Source: Gordius albopunctatus
Taxonomy: Eukaryota
DNA: 64,000 nucleotides
Assembly: GCA_964276515.1 (NCBI GenBank)
Contig: OZ193909.1
Coordinates: 20,708,001-20,772,000 of the forward strand
Direction: 5' to 3'
A program made the translations under genes and the position numbers. Shown one piece after another: positions 1 through 13,579 of the stretch. The notes below the pieces were generated by a model, which had not been told where the DNA came from, made no database searches, and saw only the letters and a program-made list of their open reading frames with translations. Position 1 is the first letter of the stretch; each line of letters starts with the position of its first letter.

Positions 1-1599
1 AGTCAGTAGACTTGTATTTAATCCATAGAAGAAGTTTATGGCATCTTGACTTATACTGACATGGTCACACCTCGCTAATTGGGCCACCACTGCTCCGCGC
101 ATACCTAGTGTGGGTAGACTGAGCATTTTGGTAATCCTGGGCCAGAATCGTCCCTCAACTGAGTCATGCATGGGTTGGGCTATGAACCACATAGCCTGTT
201 GCATCCCGTGCATGAAATCTTCGTACACGCGGTGATTTATTGTAAGCTTCTCGATCACCGAGATAATTAATTGCTGCGTTACATTGACCTCAAACTGATC
301 CGGGATTATGGGACAATTGACAGCCCCTATAATGTCGGTCGTTCGCTTACCGTTTGGTATTGGTTCAATAAGTACAATATCCTGGTCTATAAAGAATGGT
401 GTTGACCTTGTATTGCCTTTAAGTGCATAAGCAAGCACAGCTACTTGTTGATGGCTGAACCCCCTTAAGTTGACGTAGTATTTGTAGTCAACAAGGGTCT
501 TGTAGGCTGTCTCGTCCTGAGGCCAAATTGTTTTGATTGGGCCGAAAAGTGACGTCGACGGGTCATAAGTGTATTTGAATCGGTTAGCATCAATCGGGAA
601 GTAACCGTTTGTGAATCCATAATCGATACCCCCTGCTGTCCGATCAATTACTGTATGGCAGTCTTCATATATAGGGTATGCCCAACACGATGTGTGTAGT
701 GTGAGGGGCAGGAGCATCGGTGATGCGATTAGGTTATGGTATGTCGGATCAACTGGTAATCCGTCAGCTAGTCGGCCTGTGTCGAAGTACTCACGTTCAA
801 TAGCTGTAGGCATGTACCGATATGGTAGGCCATCTGCTGCCGGTTGTTCTTCTGGTTTTAGTGCGCGCTCGTGAGCTCGCACTCTGTTCAGGTAACCATC
901 AAGGTGGTTCTTGATTGTAGCTGCGTGTTGGTTCCAAATCGAGTGGGTAGCTGGGATGGGTCCAAACTGCAGAACTATGATTGGTGTGAGTTCTGTCACA
1001 ATAAGCGAGTTTTGGAGGTGGAGACAGGTGTTGAGAAACGGGATACTCAACTGGGTTTCGACATTATGCCTAGAGTTTTTTGAAAACATGTCTAGCAGGT
1101 AAACCTGTTGTATTAACATGGTGAATAGTGCAGAGTAGTTTTCATATGCGTCACGCATAAATGTGTCGTTGAAAAATTTATCAAGATACGGATCTCGATG
1201 ATAGTATTCTGTGGTTATGGCACGCAACAACCCGAAATTGGAGTTGGTACTGAGATTGGCCTTCCAGATGCATGGTGGGCCATAGATGTTAACGTTTGTA
1301 ACTGTCATGACTGGGATTCGCTCTTCTAGCCTTCTGTTGAGTACGTCGTTATACTCAGATTTGACTTCATACCTCCCGCCTTTTTTAGCGAGGTCAAGAT
1401 TTCCAACTTTCTCCAAGTCTCCAGACCGATCCGCTTTATAACATAGACCGAACGTTGCCTGTCCCTTAGCTACTCCGCAGGCCTGTAAGTCAAGGTCTAC
1501 CCTGATAAGGGCCGACCCATCAACAAAGAAGTTTGGTCTGACATTGTGAGGCACAAAACCTTTAACGTTGAAAGGATCAAATATATAGGGGTTTGACAT
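1..1599 (-). CDS. Totivirus-like capsid protein, endogenous copy A (3' end runs off the window)
   Basis: ATG at 1599-1597. I read all 533 codons to position 1 and found no stop. Translation MSNPYIFDPFNVKGFVPHNVRPNFFVDGSALIRVDLDLQ... is colinear with 37496-40180 (position 1 = 38531), with a net 51-nt in-frame length difference. Absent from the ORF track because it has no stop within the window. Confidence 0.85.
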   Translation of the reverse strand, partial: MSNPYIFDPFNVKGFVPHNVRPNFFVDGSALIRVDLDLQACGVAKGQATFGLCYKADRSGDLEKVGNLDLAKKGGRYEVKSEYNDVLNRRLEERIPVMTVTNVNIYGPPCIWKANLSTNSNFGLLRAITTEYYHRDPYLDKFFNDTFMRDAYENYSALFTMLIQQVYLLDMFSKNSRHNVETQLSIPFLNTCLHLQNSLIVTELTPIIVLQFGPIPATHSIWNQHAATIKNHLDGYLNRVRAHERALKPEEQPAADGLPYRYMPTAIEREYFDTGRLADGLPVDPTYHNLIASPMLLPLTLHTSCWAYPIYEDCHTVIDRTAGGIDYGFTNGYFPIDANRFKYTYDPSTSLFGPIKTIWPQDETAYKTLVDYKYYVNLRGFSHQQVAVLAYALKGNTRSTPFFIDQDIVLIEPIPNGKRTTDIIGAVNCPIIPDQFEVNVTQQLIISVIEKLTINHRVYEDFMHGMQQAMWFIAQPMHDSVEGRFWPRITKMLSLPTLGMRGAVVAQLARCDHVSISQDAINFFYGLNTSLLT

Positions 1600-2910
1600 G
1601 GTAGGAGTAAATTGAGAAGTCGAATAATTATCTGGCAAGTTGGGGAGGAGCAAATATTTTCCCAACCTTCTCGTCAACACGTTGAGTTATCGACGCTAGT
1701 TTTGGAAAACTTTTTTTCTTATGTTTCCGCGATAACCGCGTTTTTGATACGACTATACATACTCTGTTAATGCGGATGCGTCGTACGCATTCCGATGCGT
1801 TTATCTTCTTTGGTTTGTCCCCCTAAAAAATATTTTTTTAACAAGTTTGTTTATTTATTTGTAGAAATAAACACTATAAATAAAAACAGACATAGAATAA
1901 AAAGAATAATATATTATGTATACATAAATATTTATCCGAGTTTGAAGGCTGGTCAGAGATCACCCAGGGATTTGAAATTCTATTTAGCAATATTAGGATG
2001 CAAATTTTTTATTAAAGAGCTCATATTGTTTTGACATAGAAATAAGAAAGAAACCATAGACTAGTTATACACCAGACTGGGGAACCACTGATATATGGGT
2101 GTATCCAGCATTGGAATTAGAGGGGAGGGCAATAATGATTTAGGAAAGGGCTAATTGATAGTTTCTCAAAATTTAAGCCATAATTTTAATAACTTTCAAA
2201 GAATATTTGAGTTAGAGGGGGGCAACCACCCCTCTTAATTATAAGCAAGAATTAAATTTTATATTTTTATACCTCACCAATAATAATCATGAATTTGCAT
2301 AAGTAATCTTAAAAGTAGGATTCAAAATTATATTATGTGTCTAATAGAAATTTATATTTATAAACCCATAGGCAACATACACTTAAAAAATGAGATTGAG
2401 TGAATAATACTTACCAAAGAGTTTGATTGTAGCAATATTTTTTATCAAAAACATCTTTCATTGCCTATAATTTATCACATTTTAAGGAATTTACAAGATT
2501 AGGTAAAGGTTGATTTTCATTTGTATTCATATCTTTAGTTTCTGTTGTCAATTTTGTCATTTCTTCATAATGAGATCTATAACGTGCAAAGAGGCAGTTG
2601 ATTATTAAAAAAAATATTTTTTAAATTACAATTTTATTATTTAAGTAATATAAAGTATTAGGTAATACATAAAATGGCATAATATTAAGTGATTCAGTAT
2701 AACCTACATTATTAGAGCTAAGGGATAATAATTTTAATATTTTTGTTAAATAAAATAATATAGATACTTTTGTTTCTTTGGAAGTATGAATATCGCCAGA
2801 TATATATAAATGAGTAGATGCCATGTCATATGGATATTATAATAAATTACAATATGATTTGATCCATCAAAACGATAAATTTTTATATTTCACAGAGGAA
2901 GTACATTTTT
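1600..2910 (-). pseudogene. Degenerate 5' exons of PLEKHM1-like paralog A, directly upstream of the capsid
   Basis: 1612-1830 matches parent 26300-26520; 2400-2600 matches parts of 27530-27860; 2621-2824 (MASTHLYISGDIHTSKETKVSILFYLTKILK) matches 28743-28937. Most of the RUN exon is deleted; frameshifts and stops are present. Confidence 0.85.
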
Positions 2911-3246
2911 ATGATGCCCTATCAACTCGCCGAAAGCAATCTTACCGAATTCATCCTGGTACATTAATGATTTTCTCCGCATTATCATAAAGAAGGCCCT
3001 AATTGAGTAACTTTTATAATAATTATCATATTTAATATAAAAAATACCTAAATTATAATTTTAATGCGAAATTGGATAATTAATATGGCTTTTGGGGGGG
3101 GGGGAGACATTTTCTAATTGTGGCGCATTTTTTAACATTGGGACATTCAATTCGGCAAGTTGACGGGTCATCCATTTTTATCACCCGAAAATTGAACAAG
3201 ACAACTATATCTCAGACCAGATCCATCATTAGAAGTTTAAGAAAAT

Positions 3247-6200
3247 TTCTTTTTCTTCTTCTTCTTCTTTATCAGTTATTTGGTCCCACATTGGTGGGGT
3301 TTGTTTTGATAAGTTTCTTCCATCTTGACCGGGTGAGCGTCATGTCTTGACTAATCTCTTTAGTATCCATAACTTTATCGACTTGCCCTTTCCACGTGAC
3401 ACGGGGTCGTCCTCTTCCTCTCTTCCCCGGTACCTCCATGTCCAGTACTTTTCGATTTACGTCATCCGTATCCCTTCTTAGTATACCATACCACCTTAGC
3501 CGATTTTTGTTAATCATATCCGCCATAGGTTGAATACCCATTTTTGTCATGAGAAAGTCATTCGTCATATAATCGAGCTTAGTATACCCCAAGCTCCACC
3601 GTATCATTCTCATTTCTGTGGCTTGTAATAGCTTTAATTCCGTGGTGTTTAATGCACATGTTTCACTTCCATAGAGTAAAACCGGTCTTACGATGGATTT
3701 GTAAGCTTTGCTCTTCAACCATATTGGCATTTTCTTGTCGCGCATTACACCGGATATACTTCGCCATTTAAGTCATTCTTTTTGGATCTGGGCATTAACT
3801 TCCGTTGCGCAACCTCCCTCTTGATGTAGCATCGAGCCGAGGTATGTGAACCTGTCTAATTTTGGGTACTTTATATGGTCATCCAGCGATGAGGTGCCTG
3901 TACCGTTCATTTCCATGTAAACCGTTTTTCGATCGTTGACCTTTAAACCATATCCAACTAAGCGCTTTGACCACTTTTCGGCTTCTTCGAATACTTTATC
4001 CCTTGTTTTCTCGCATAGTACTATATCATCGGCATATAGCATACAGCATGGCGATGGTTTTTGAATGTCCCTCGTTATCATGTCTATAATTATATTAAAT
4101 AATAAGCGACTTAAAGCAGAGCCTTGATGTAATCCAATATTAACCCGAAAAGTTTTAAAGTCTCCAACTGTCGTCCTAACGCAAGAGTTTGAAGCTTCAT
4201 AAATATTTTTCATAAGCCGTATATATGCGTCAGAGATATTTTGTTTCTTCCGGCACCACCATATTAAATCGCGGGGACCGTGTCATAAGCTTTCTCCAAG
4301 TCTATAAAAACCATATGTAGGTCTTTCCTCTTTTCACCATACTTATCCATCATTTGTCTTAGGGCCAAGATTGGGTCGATTGTGGATTTTCCTGCCAAGA
4401 ATCCGAATTCATTAGCCGATATTTTCACCTCGCTTTTCAGCCTTGTTACTAAGATCCTTTCCAAAAGCTTCAAGGAGTGGCAAGTTAGCTTGATACCTCT
4501 GTAATTGCCGCAGTCCTGAGGGTCTCCTTTGCCTTTAAATAATGGTATAATCGTGCTTTCTCTCCATTGATTACTGATTCGCTCTTCTACCAATATCTTG
4601 TTAAGGAGCTTCGTCATGGTGGTGACTCCTTAGGTATTCCATCAGGACCATTTCCTTTTCCTTTTTGCATCTTGTTCATTTGTGTCCTAACTTCATCCTC
4701 CTGAAAGAGTTCGACCATACTTATATTTGGCTCAATTTCGGGAAGGGAATCTTTGTCATTTGCAATATTCATAAGTTTCTTAAAATATCCTTTTTCCTTT
4801 CCACCTTTCCATCACTTCTTTCGGCTTGAATAAGGTTTGACCCTTCTCGCTTTTGACTATTTTAAGAACTCCGACATCGCGACTTTTCTTCTCCCTTATC
4901 TTGGCCAATTTGTACATAAGCCTATCGCCCCCTTTATGATCCAGTTTGTTTGCCATCTCTGTGTACGCGGCATTCTTCGCTTTTGTAACGGCCTTTTTTG
5001 CGGCCCTCTTTGCGTACCTGTACTCTTGATAATCCTCCGAGTTTTTTGATTTATGCCACCATTTATATCTATATAGATCTTTCTTTCTTTTGATGAAATC
5101 TTTAACCGATTGATCCCACCACCATAGTTCCCTATTCATAGCTTTGCCTCCTTTGGTCTGTCCTAGAAAACGAATCGCTGTTTCCTTAACGTCTTTAGAG
5201 AGCGTCTCCCAATCGTCGTCTACGTCCCTTTGCAACTTCCTTGCACACAAGAGTGAGCAGGCTTTTTGATGGTATTCTTCGTTCGTCGACGTATCCTTTA
5301 GCATTTCGTATGGAATTCGAGGTTAATATACCTTTCTTCTTTTGGGAATTACTCTTCTGTCAAGATCCATAACAAGGGGACGATGTTGCCTGGCGATTTC
5401 TTCTCCCGGTATTACTTTGCAATCCTTGATACTCCATAAGTCCTTTCGCCGTATAAGCAAATAGTCGATTTGACTAAAATGCTTCCCACTTCTATAGGTC
5501 ACAATATGATCTTCGCGCTTTTGAAAATAGGTGTTAACGATCGCCATGTCATATGCTTGGGATACTTGGAGCAGTTTTTCCCCTTCTTTGTTCTTCAGAC
5601 CATGGCCATAGCCTCCATGATTGCGTTCATATCCGAGGCGATCTTTCCCTAGGTGAGCGTTGAAATCTGCCCCAATAATTAGCCTTTCTTCCTGTCCTAT
5701 TCCTTGTATTTCCTTTTCCAATTAATCGAAGAATATGTCTTTCTCTGATTCCAAACATCCAATTTGGGGGGGGGGCATACGCGCACATAACGGTTAGGAG
5801 GCCCCCTTGATCTGCAATCTTCACCCACATTAGCCTGTCGATACAACGCTTGACTTCCACCACCTTGTCCTTGAACGATTCGCTTACAACGATACCGACC
5901 CCGTTTCTATGATTTGATGACCCAATGTAGAAAAGCTTGTATCTTTCGAGAAGAAAATATTATGTAGGATAAAGTAATAATTACTTTATTGTATAATATA
6001 AATTAAATCTTTGGAAGAAAAGTAAGTGAGTAAAAAGAGTTTTAAACTCCTTTTATATACTCGTGAATTAATTGAATAAATCAATCAAGTTTAGTGGTGC
6101 CTCCGCGAGGTATAAATAAATCAATTTAGTGGTGTCTCCGCCAGGTATGCTTGATTGGTCAATTAACGTCGCGAAGTAGTAAGGTAATGTAAATGAGACA

Positions 6201-9200
6201 ATTAAGTCAATTGACGCAACAAATATTCCGCTGGGTAAAAACGGAGTTCATATAAAATTAACAAATTTTTTTGGCCAATGAACTTGTCGGCCAGACTTGG
6301 TAATGGTTGTGTTGAGAAGTGTTACGCTAGGTTTTGTGGAAGGTTTTGTAGAAGAAACAATGGTAGGTTGGTTTGAATTTTGGGTCGTTGAGTGATTGTT
6401 TGGTTTGGGTGCATTTGGGTCAACTGCTGATTTCGGGTTATCAACCTTATGCTCGAGGAAAGCTGGCTTTAATCGATCGATTGAAACGGTGTCTCTTTTT
6501 CCATTGTGGTCTATGACGAAATATTTAGAATGTCTTTCGATTACCTTGTAAGGACCTTCGTACGGAGGGACTAAAGCTTTCCGAAGCCAGTCAATTCTTA
6601 TAAATACGTGAGTGGCTGTAACCAAATCGTTGGTAATCTTTTGTTTGATATTTGATGGTCTGGTGGGTGTAAAACGAACGGTATCAAACTGCTCCTGAAG
6701 TCGTTGGATGTAATCAGCGGCATTTATGTCCCAATTTGAAGGTTGCAAAAAATCTCCTGGTAGTCTCAAAGAGGTACCGTATACCAGTTCAGCGCTCGAA
6801 CAGGACAAGTCTTCCTTGAAGGTGCTTCGGATACCCAGGAGTACAAGGGGAATTCGATCAGACCAATTGGTAGTGTCTTCTTCTGCCATAATCGAACTTT
6901 TTAGTTGTCGATGAAATCGCTCTACCATACCATTGGCTTGTGGATGGTAAGCTGTAGTGGTTATATGATGGGAACCTAATAAACTAGATAAGTGTTTAAA
7001 CAGGGCGGATTGGAACTGGGGGCCTCGGTCTGTGGTTAATGTAGTGGGTACTCCGTAGTAAGCTATCCAATGCGTCAAAAATGTTCGGGCTACTGTTTCA
7101 GCTGATGCGTCGTTGATTGGTATTGCCATGGGCCACCGGGTAAAACGATCGACTGCGGTGAAAATGTAGCTGTGTCCATTAGACGGCGGCAATGGGCCCA
7201 CGAGGTCCACGTGAACATGACTGAATCTTGCGTCAGGCTCCGCGAAAGTGGCTGGGACTGTGATGGTGTGTCTATTAACCTTGCATTTTTGGCATGAAAC
7301 GCACTGTTTCGTCCAATCTCGCACCTCTTTATTCATTCCAGGCCAGACGAAACGTTTGGAAATCAGTTTTAATGTTGGCCGGGAGGCTGGATGTGACAGG
7401 CCATCTAGGTGCTCAAAATCTTCGCGTCGTAGGCTCTTGGGTACTAAGGGTCTTGGAATTGTGGTGGATGTATCGCAGGTAAGGGTTAAACTCGTACCTG
7501 GAATTGAACATTGTTCCAGTTTAAGGGATCCCAGCTATTCGGTTGAGTATTGTTCCCGTTGTTGTGACATAGCTATCCTTTCCGTTATTGTGGTATTTGT
7601 AAGTTGTATGGCATCTATCTCTGTTCGCGAAAGAGCGTCCGCCACGATATTTGTCTTTCCATTGATGAATTGGATGTCGGATGTAAATTGTGATATGTAA
7701 TCTAGCTATCGTATTTCCCGTGGTGAGTATTTGTCGGGTTTAGAATTGAGAGCGTAAGTTAACGGTTTGTGATCAGTAAAAACTGTAAAATCGCGACCTT
7801 CTAAAATATGTCGGTACTGTTTAATTGAAAGATAAATTGCAAGTAGTTCTCTCCCGAATGTACTGTATCGAGTTTGTGTTTTGCTCAATTTCAGGGAGAA
7901 AAAGGATAAAGGACTGATTTCCCCTTTTACGGTCTGATGAAGTACGGCTCCAATGGCAGAGTTTGACGCGTCGGTTGTAATAGAGATGTTGGCACCATCC
8001 ACTAAATGATTAAGGGTCGAAATTTCTTCGAGCATTATTTTAATCTTGTGGAATGCGTCGTGTGCGCTCTGCGTCATGTCCAAAAGTCCTTTTGCGTCGT
8101 TGAGGAGATCCGTCAGTGGTTTTAGATGTCGTGCACAGTTGGGTATAAAACGCCTGTAAAAATTTACCATTCCCACGAAACGACGTAGTTGTGTCATAGT
8201 GGTCGGGGTGGCGAAATTCTTGATGGCTGAGATCTTCTCCGGTATTGGCGTTAAACCTTGTGGGGAAACTTGATGTCCTAGGAAATCCAGAGAAGAACGT
8301 CCCCATTGACACTTGTCCAGGTTGATCTTTATATCAAAATCTCTTAATCGAGTAAAAACTTGACGTAAGTGGTCTAAATGTTCACTAGTTGATGTACTTG
8401 CGATCAAAATATCGTCAAAATATGCAAAGGCGAAATTGAGACCACGGAGAACTTGATCAATGAAGCGTTGGAATGTTTGAGCAGCATTTCGTAAACCGAA
8501 AGGCATTCGCAAAAATTCATAAAGACCGAAAGGTGTGGTTATTGCAGTCTTTGCGATGTCCTCCAAGGCTACGGGTATTTGATGGTAAGCTCTGACTAGA
8601 TCTATTTTTGTATAGATGGTTGTGCCGGCTAGGTTGAGTGAGAAATCGTGCAGGTGTGGCAAGGGGTAACGGTCCGGTATCGTTATAACGTTAAGGGCTC
8701 GGTAATCTCCACATGGTCGCCAATCTCCAGGAGTTTTTTTCGGAACCATGTGCAATGGAGAACTCCAGGAGCTTTCTGAGGGTTGAATTATGCCGAGTTC
8801 GAGCATATGAGTAAACTCCTGTTTGGCAATTTTCAGCTTGACAGGGTCTAAGCGTCTAGGTCTGGCATAAACGGGGGGTCCTAGTGTACGTATGTGGTGG
8901 ACTACTTTGTGGCTTACGCGTGACCTGTAATTTGGAGGGGTATAAATCTCGGGGAAATCTTTTAAAACATTTTTAAAATATGGTGAATCGATCTTTATTG
9001 CGAGTTGTAAATTGTGCAAGCTCGAATCAATATATCGCCCATAAGACTTTAAAGAAGTCTTAGGGTCTAATAAACATTTGCGGCGTATATCAACGAGGAG
9101 GTTATAATGATTTAAAAAATCAGCCCCGATGATCGGTGTCTTAACGTCGGCGATGGTAAACACCCATTGAAAACTTCTCCGTAAGCTAAGGTCCAGTTCC

Positions 9201-10990
9201 ATTGATTTCTGGACATATGTCAGTATGGAACTATTGTTTGCAGCTTGGAGGCGGATGTGTGAGGGGGTGAGATGGTGGTTACGTGGGGGTGGTATGACAC
9301 TTAGTTCCGCGCCAGTGTCTATTAAAAAACGAAATTTCGTTAATTTATCAAAAATAAAAAATAAGCGACTGATGTTATGGCCTGAACCGGGTGTCGCGGA
9401 TTCTGGCAGGCCTATGGGTTTGACAAGGAAATCGGGATATAATTGCAAGTTTGTCGGCATTTCGTGGCCTTTTCCTTATATCTTTGGTGATACCAACACC
9501 AATCCTGGGGAACGTCTGCGTGGGGTTGAAACGGGGATCGAAATCGCCTTGATGTAGACCTACTTCTCGACCGAAAACGATTTTTTTGACTGACCTCTTG
9601 CCGTAATGCCTCGATGCTCACGCTCAGTCTATTGACCATGTCTCTGAGCGTCTCAATATCGTTGCGGGATCTCTGTGTGGCAGGGACGACGTTGGATATT
9701 TGCGACGTATGGTACGTTTCCGCGATTTTATCAGCTCTTTCAGCTAGCTTGACTAACGTCTGGTCACTTGCACAGATCGCCAAGATGCTGGCCATATTGT
9801 TGTCCAGTTTTTCCAACCACAGTTGTTTTAAAATGATGTCGTCCATTTTGGCGGTACCCAGGAGGCTTTTCATGTGTCTATAGAGTTATGAGGGTGTACG
9901 ATCGCCCAATTCCACGTTGGACAGTAGGTCGTGTAATCGTACTGAGTCCGATTTTGTTGTGCGGTCGATGATAGCTGACCGGATGGTAGTGTACGGGGCC
10001 TGAGCCGGTAGATTCTCCAAGTAATCTTGGATCTCTATTGTGACTTCTTGTGGGAGGCATTCAATCACGTATCCAAGTTTGCTAGACTCAGATGTTATTC
10101 GTCGAATCGTGAAAAGGGCCTCTATCTGGACAAACCATAAGCGGGGATTTATACGATTGAAGGGGGGCAATTTGAAAAACATAGCGTTTTCCGATTTAAT
10201 TTGGACGTCATCAACTTGGTTGGTATCCATTTACAAGGTTGCGTATAACAAGGGTTGGGTAAGGGTAGGGTAGAAGGAGGCGTATAAGAAGGGTGGGTCA
10301 CCACTTTCGAGAAGAAAATATTATGTAGGATAAAGTAATAATTACTTTATTGTATAATATAAATTAAATCGTTGGAAGAAAAGTAAGTGAGTAAAAAGAG
10401 TTTTAAACTCCTTTTATATACTCGTGAATTAATTGAATAAATCAATCAAGTTTAGTGGTGCCTCCGCGAGGTATAAATATATCAATTACGCGAGGTATAA
10501 ATAAATCAATTTAGTGGTGTCTCCGTGAGGTATGCTTGATTGGTCAATTAACGTCGCGAAGTAGTAAGGTAATGTAAATGAGACAATTAAGTCAATTGAC
10601 GCAACATATCCTTCTCCTAATTCGCGAGCTTTCGTTCCGTTCCACCTCGTCTCTTGTAGCCAGGCGATGTGTACCTTTCTTCTTTTTAGCATCTATGCGA
10701 CCTCGATGCTCTTCCCCGTCAACGTTCCCACATTCCAGCACGTAATTCGCATTCTTTCCACAACTAATTTCCTTAACCGCCTTCGTTGTGAGTTAGGCAG
10801 TAACCCTAGTGTATTTTTCACATTGCACGGGCGGAGTATGCAGTGCGCGTCGTTTGTGGAGGACGCCCTAGCCTTTTTTTTTTGTAAAATCTTGTTTGAA
10901 ACTATCATAATTTTGGATTTGATTTTTATAGCCGGTTTCCGACCTGACGCCAACCCTCCAATTTTTGCACACGGACTTGGGACCGTCAGA
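3247..10990 (-). mobile_element. RTE-clade non-LTR retrotransposon, near full length, frameshifted, interrupted by a Gypsy element
   Basis: APE motifs (ITCWNVGTL, LQETRW, ADFNAH, SQIDY, QHRPL), RT (FIDLEKAYD, GLHQGSALS, YADD), C-terminal RLRWYG..RGRGRP, and a (GAA)n tail at about 3250-3268. Confidence 0.9.
5944..10606 (-). mobile_element. Ty3/Gypsy LTR retrotransposon (gag, protease-RT-RNaseH-integrase) with internal stops
   Basis: LTRs at 10305-10606 and 5944-6221; 4-bp TSD tatc (5940-5943 and 10607-10610); PBS TGGTGACCC at 10295-10303. Motifs LIDTGAE, YFDD, TDAS, FTDHKPL, VHVDLVGP, TDRGPQF, GPY. Stops at 9886 and 7706. Confidence 0.95.
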
Positions 10991-11173
10991 ATTTGATTGG
11001 CAAAAATTTATTAATAGTGGGGAAAATAGGAAATCTTTACATGGAAAATTCCCGGGAACTTTTAAATTTCCCGATAAGTACCCTTTGAGTTTATTATAAT
11101 TAACATCTTTTATATACCTAAAGGTTATTTAATTTTTAATTGATGTTAATGCTTAAAACATTTGGTTCCTACT

Positions 11174-12610
11174 CAAGGGCGTAGCCAGGATTTGCTGAAG
11201 GGGGGGGGGGGGTTTAAATTTTTGGAAGCCTTATTTTTTTGGAAGTAATTAAAAATACAACAAAAATATATGATAATATAACAAAATATTTAAAAACTAT
11301 AAACAATTAATATCGACGTTTTTTAGATAAAAATGCATTAATAATATCTTCTGTTTTGGGCGTATATTGTCTATGTTCATTTAACAAGGTTAATCCAGTA
11401 AACCTAAATTAAAAATTAGTAAAACCATTTAATTTATTTTTCTTGTCCCATTGTGTTCCTCAGGTAAGTTTTTAGTCTTTTTAAAGCTGAAAAACATCTC
11501 TCATTAGAGCATGTTGTAACGGGGAGTGTGGCTAAAATATGGTAGAATGTTTTTATATTTGGATGTAGTAATTTTAATTTGGACGCATGATTGGTTAATG
11601 TTTCCAATGCATTGGTAGGCAAATTCTCTAATTCACAGTCCTTGAACGACTGATACCACAATTTAATATCCTATTTGAATTGTTCTTGACAGCCGTCAAG
11701 ATCTTTTTCATAAAAATCTGCCAATTTTAGAAAGTTATTTAATATCTCTGTTAAGAGCATGACAGGGGAATTAATTAGAAGGGAATCAAATCCCAACAGT
11801 ATTTCCTTGTTTTTTAGAAACCTTTCATCAATTTCCACCAAAACCGCATCTAAAAAGGAGTTATACAACGAAACTCTGTAATAAGTTTCTGGACAAGATG
11901 TTTCAATGTTTGAACGAAGAGTTTGTCGTGAGGCTCTCCTAGGAATAGTAATTTTGAAATCATATATATCTCCTAGTGACAAGACATCATTGTAGATTGT
12001 TCTAAATTCATCTTGGGAATTTTCCCGCAAATGTTGAATCTGTATAAATGCATTTTCGGCTGCATTTATGGCCTGAGAAAGGTCTATATTAATCCTTTGC
12101 AAATAATTGCTAAGATTAATAGTGTAAGAGAAAATTTGATTTAGCATGTACAAAGACAGCCAAAAGTTGGATGTCCTTAATGATGAAAGCAAAATCGCCG
12201 CATTGGACGATGATTTTTATAACTAACAATTACTTACCAATTGTTAGTGTTTGTTCCTCCTCTACTTCAGAATTAGCACTATTTGTATCTTTCTCCTCAG
12301 AAATGTTACTCTTTTTAGGGAAGTATGTATAAATGAAATATCGCTTCATATTAAGATGCGGAACTTAATTTTACAAGTAAGATCAGTTTTGGAAGCTTTT
12401 AATCAAAAATTAAAATTCCGAAATTCAAAATTTATTAACTTGTTGACTTAATTTTTTGACATATATAAATATAAACGCAGCAATTGACACTAGCTAAATT
12501 AATTATAATTATGATTTTCAATAATTTTGTGTTGTGTTTTTAAAAAAAGTAATATCCAAGGGGGAGGGGGGTTAAAACCCGAAACCCCCCCCCCCTTCCC
12601 TACGCGCTTG
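11174..12610 (-). mobile_element. Internally deleted hAT DNA transposon
   Basis: Termini caagggcgtag...ctacgcgcttg; 8-bp TSD ttcctact (11166-11173 and 12611-12618); C-terminal hAT motif LPVTTCSNERCFSALKRLKTYLRNTM. Confidence 0.88.
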
Positions 12611-12720
12611 TTCCTACTTGATTATAAATGATCATTAATTACTTGCTTATATTATTAAGTTAATGATAATTTGAAGTCTATATTACATTGCTTTTAAACT
12701 CTATTAAAAAGTAGATTCCT

Positions 12721-13159
12721 CTTCTTCTTTATCGTGTTGAAAATCCCACAGACTGGGGTACGTTTTCAGCAGCCTCTTCCAACTGAGTCGCGTAAATGCC
12801 ATGCCAATTTCCATCTGTTTGACGTCCATATCCTTTTCGACCAGTCGTTTCCAGGTGGCACGTAGTCTGCCCCTTCCTCTTCTTCCAGGCACTTCCATCT
12901 CCAGCGTTCGCCGTGTGACATAGTCTTCGTCTCTTCATAATACATGGCCGTACCACCGCGGTCGATTTTCTCTTAAGAAGTCCTTCGTCGCTTGTATACC
13001 CATCTTTGTCATCAAGGATTCGTTCGTCATGCTATCCAGCTTGGTATAGCCTAAGCTCCATCGCACCATTCTCATTTCCGCTTTTTTTTACAGCCAGCTT
13101 CCGACCAGACGTCAACCCTCAACTTTTTTCACACGGACTTGGGACCGTCGTTGGTAGTG
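12721..13159 (-). mobile_element. Short bipartite RTE derivative (5' UTR fused to 3' end)
   Basis: 13081-13150 resembles the RTE 5' end at 10920-10988; 12721-13080 encodes the RTE C-terminus and GAA tail. About 17-bp TSD ttaaaaag(t/a)agattcct; empty site at about 42650-42665. Confidence 0.75.
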
Positions 13160-13579
13160 TTAAAAAGAAGATTCCTATGGGATATTAATAATTGCTAAGT
13201 ATGTCATGACGTTAAATATCTGTTGATTTATTTAAAGCTATTTTTACAAAACATATTGCTGCAAAGGTTTAACTGTTTTAAAAGGTAAAGATTTTTATGT
13301 GATTTGAATAATCACTAATCAAGTATGCTTTTATGTCAAATATTCCTTTATTTATAAGATTTATATACTTAATTCTATAATAAAATAAAATCTGCTCCCT
13401 ATAATTCCAAAAATTGTCAAAATTTATTAAAATTATGGCTAAAATTTGAAATAATGATTATTTTGCCCCCCCCCCTAAATTATTCTTGCCCCCCCCCCTC
13501 TAATTCCAAGACGCCCATGAATAAAAGAAATTGCAAAAAAAGGCAATTACACTTAAAGTTCAAAATCCTATCAGATGTG

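Noticed and set aside
465..1102. Short ORFs overlapping the capsid (also 37710-39632) and antisense ORFs in RT genes
   Set aside because: Alternate-frame by-products of longer coding sequences, with no recognisable motifs.
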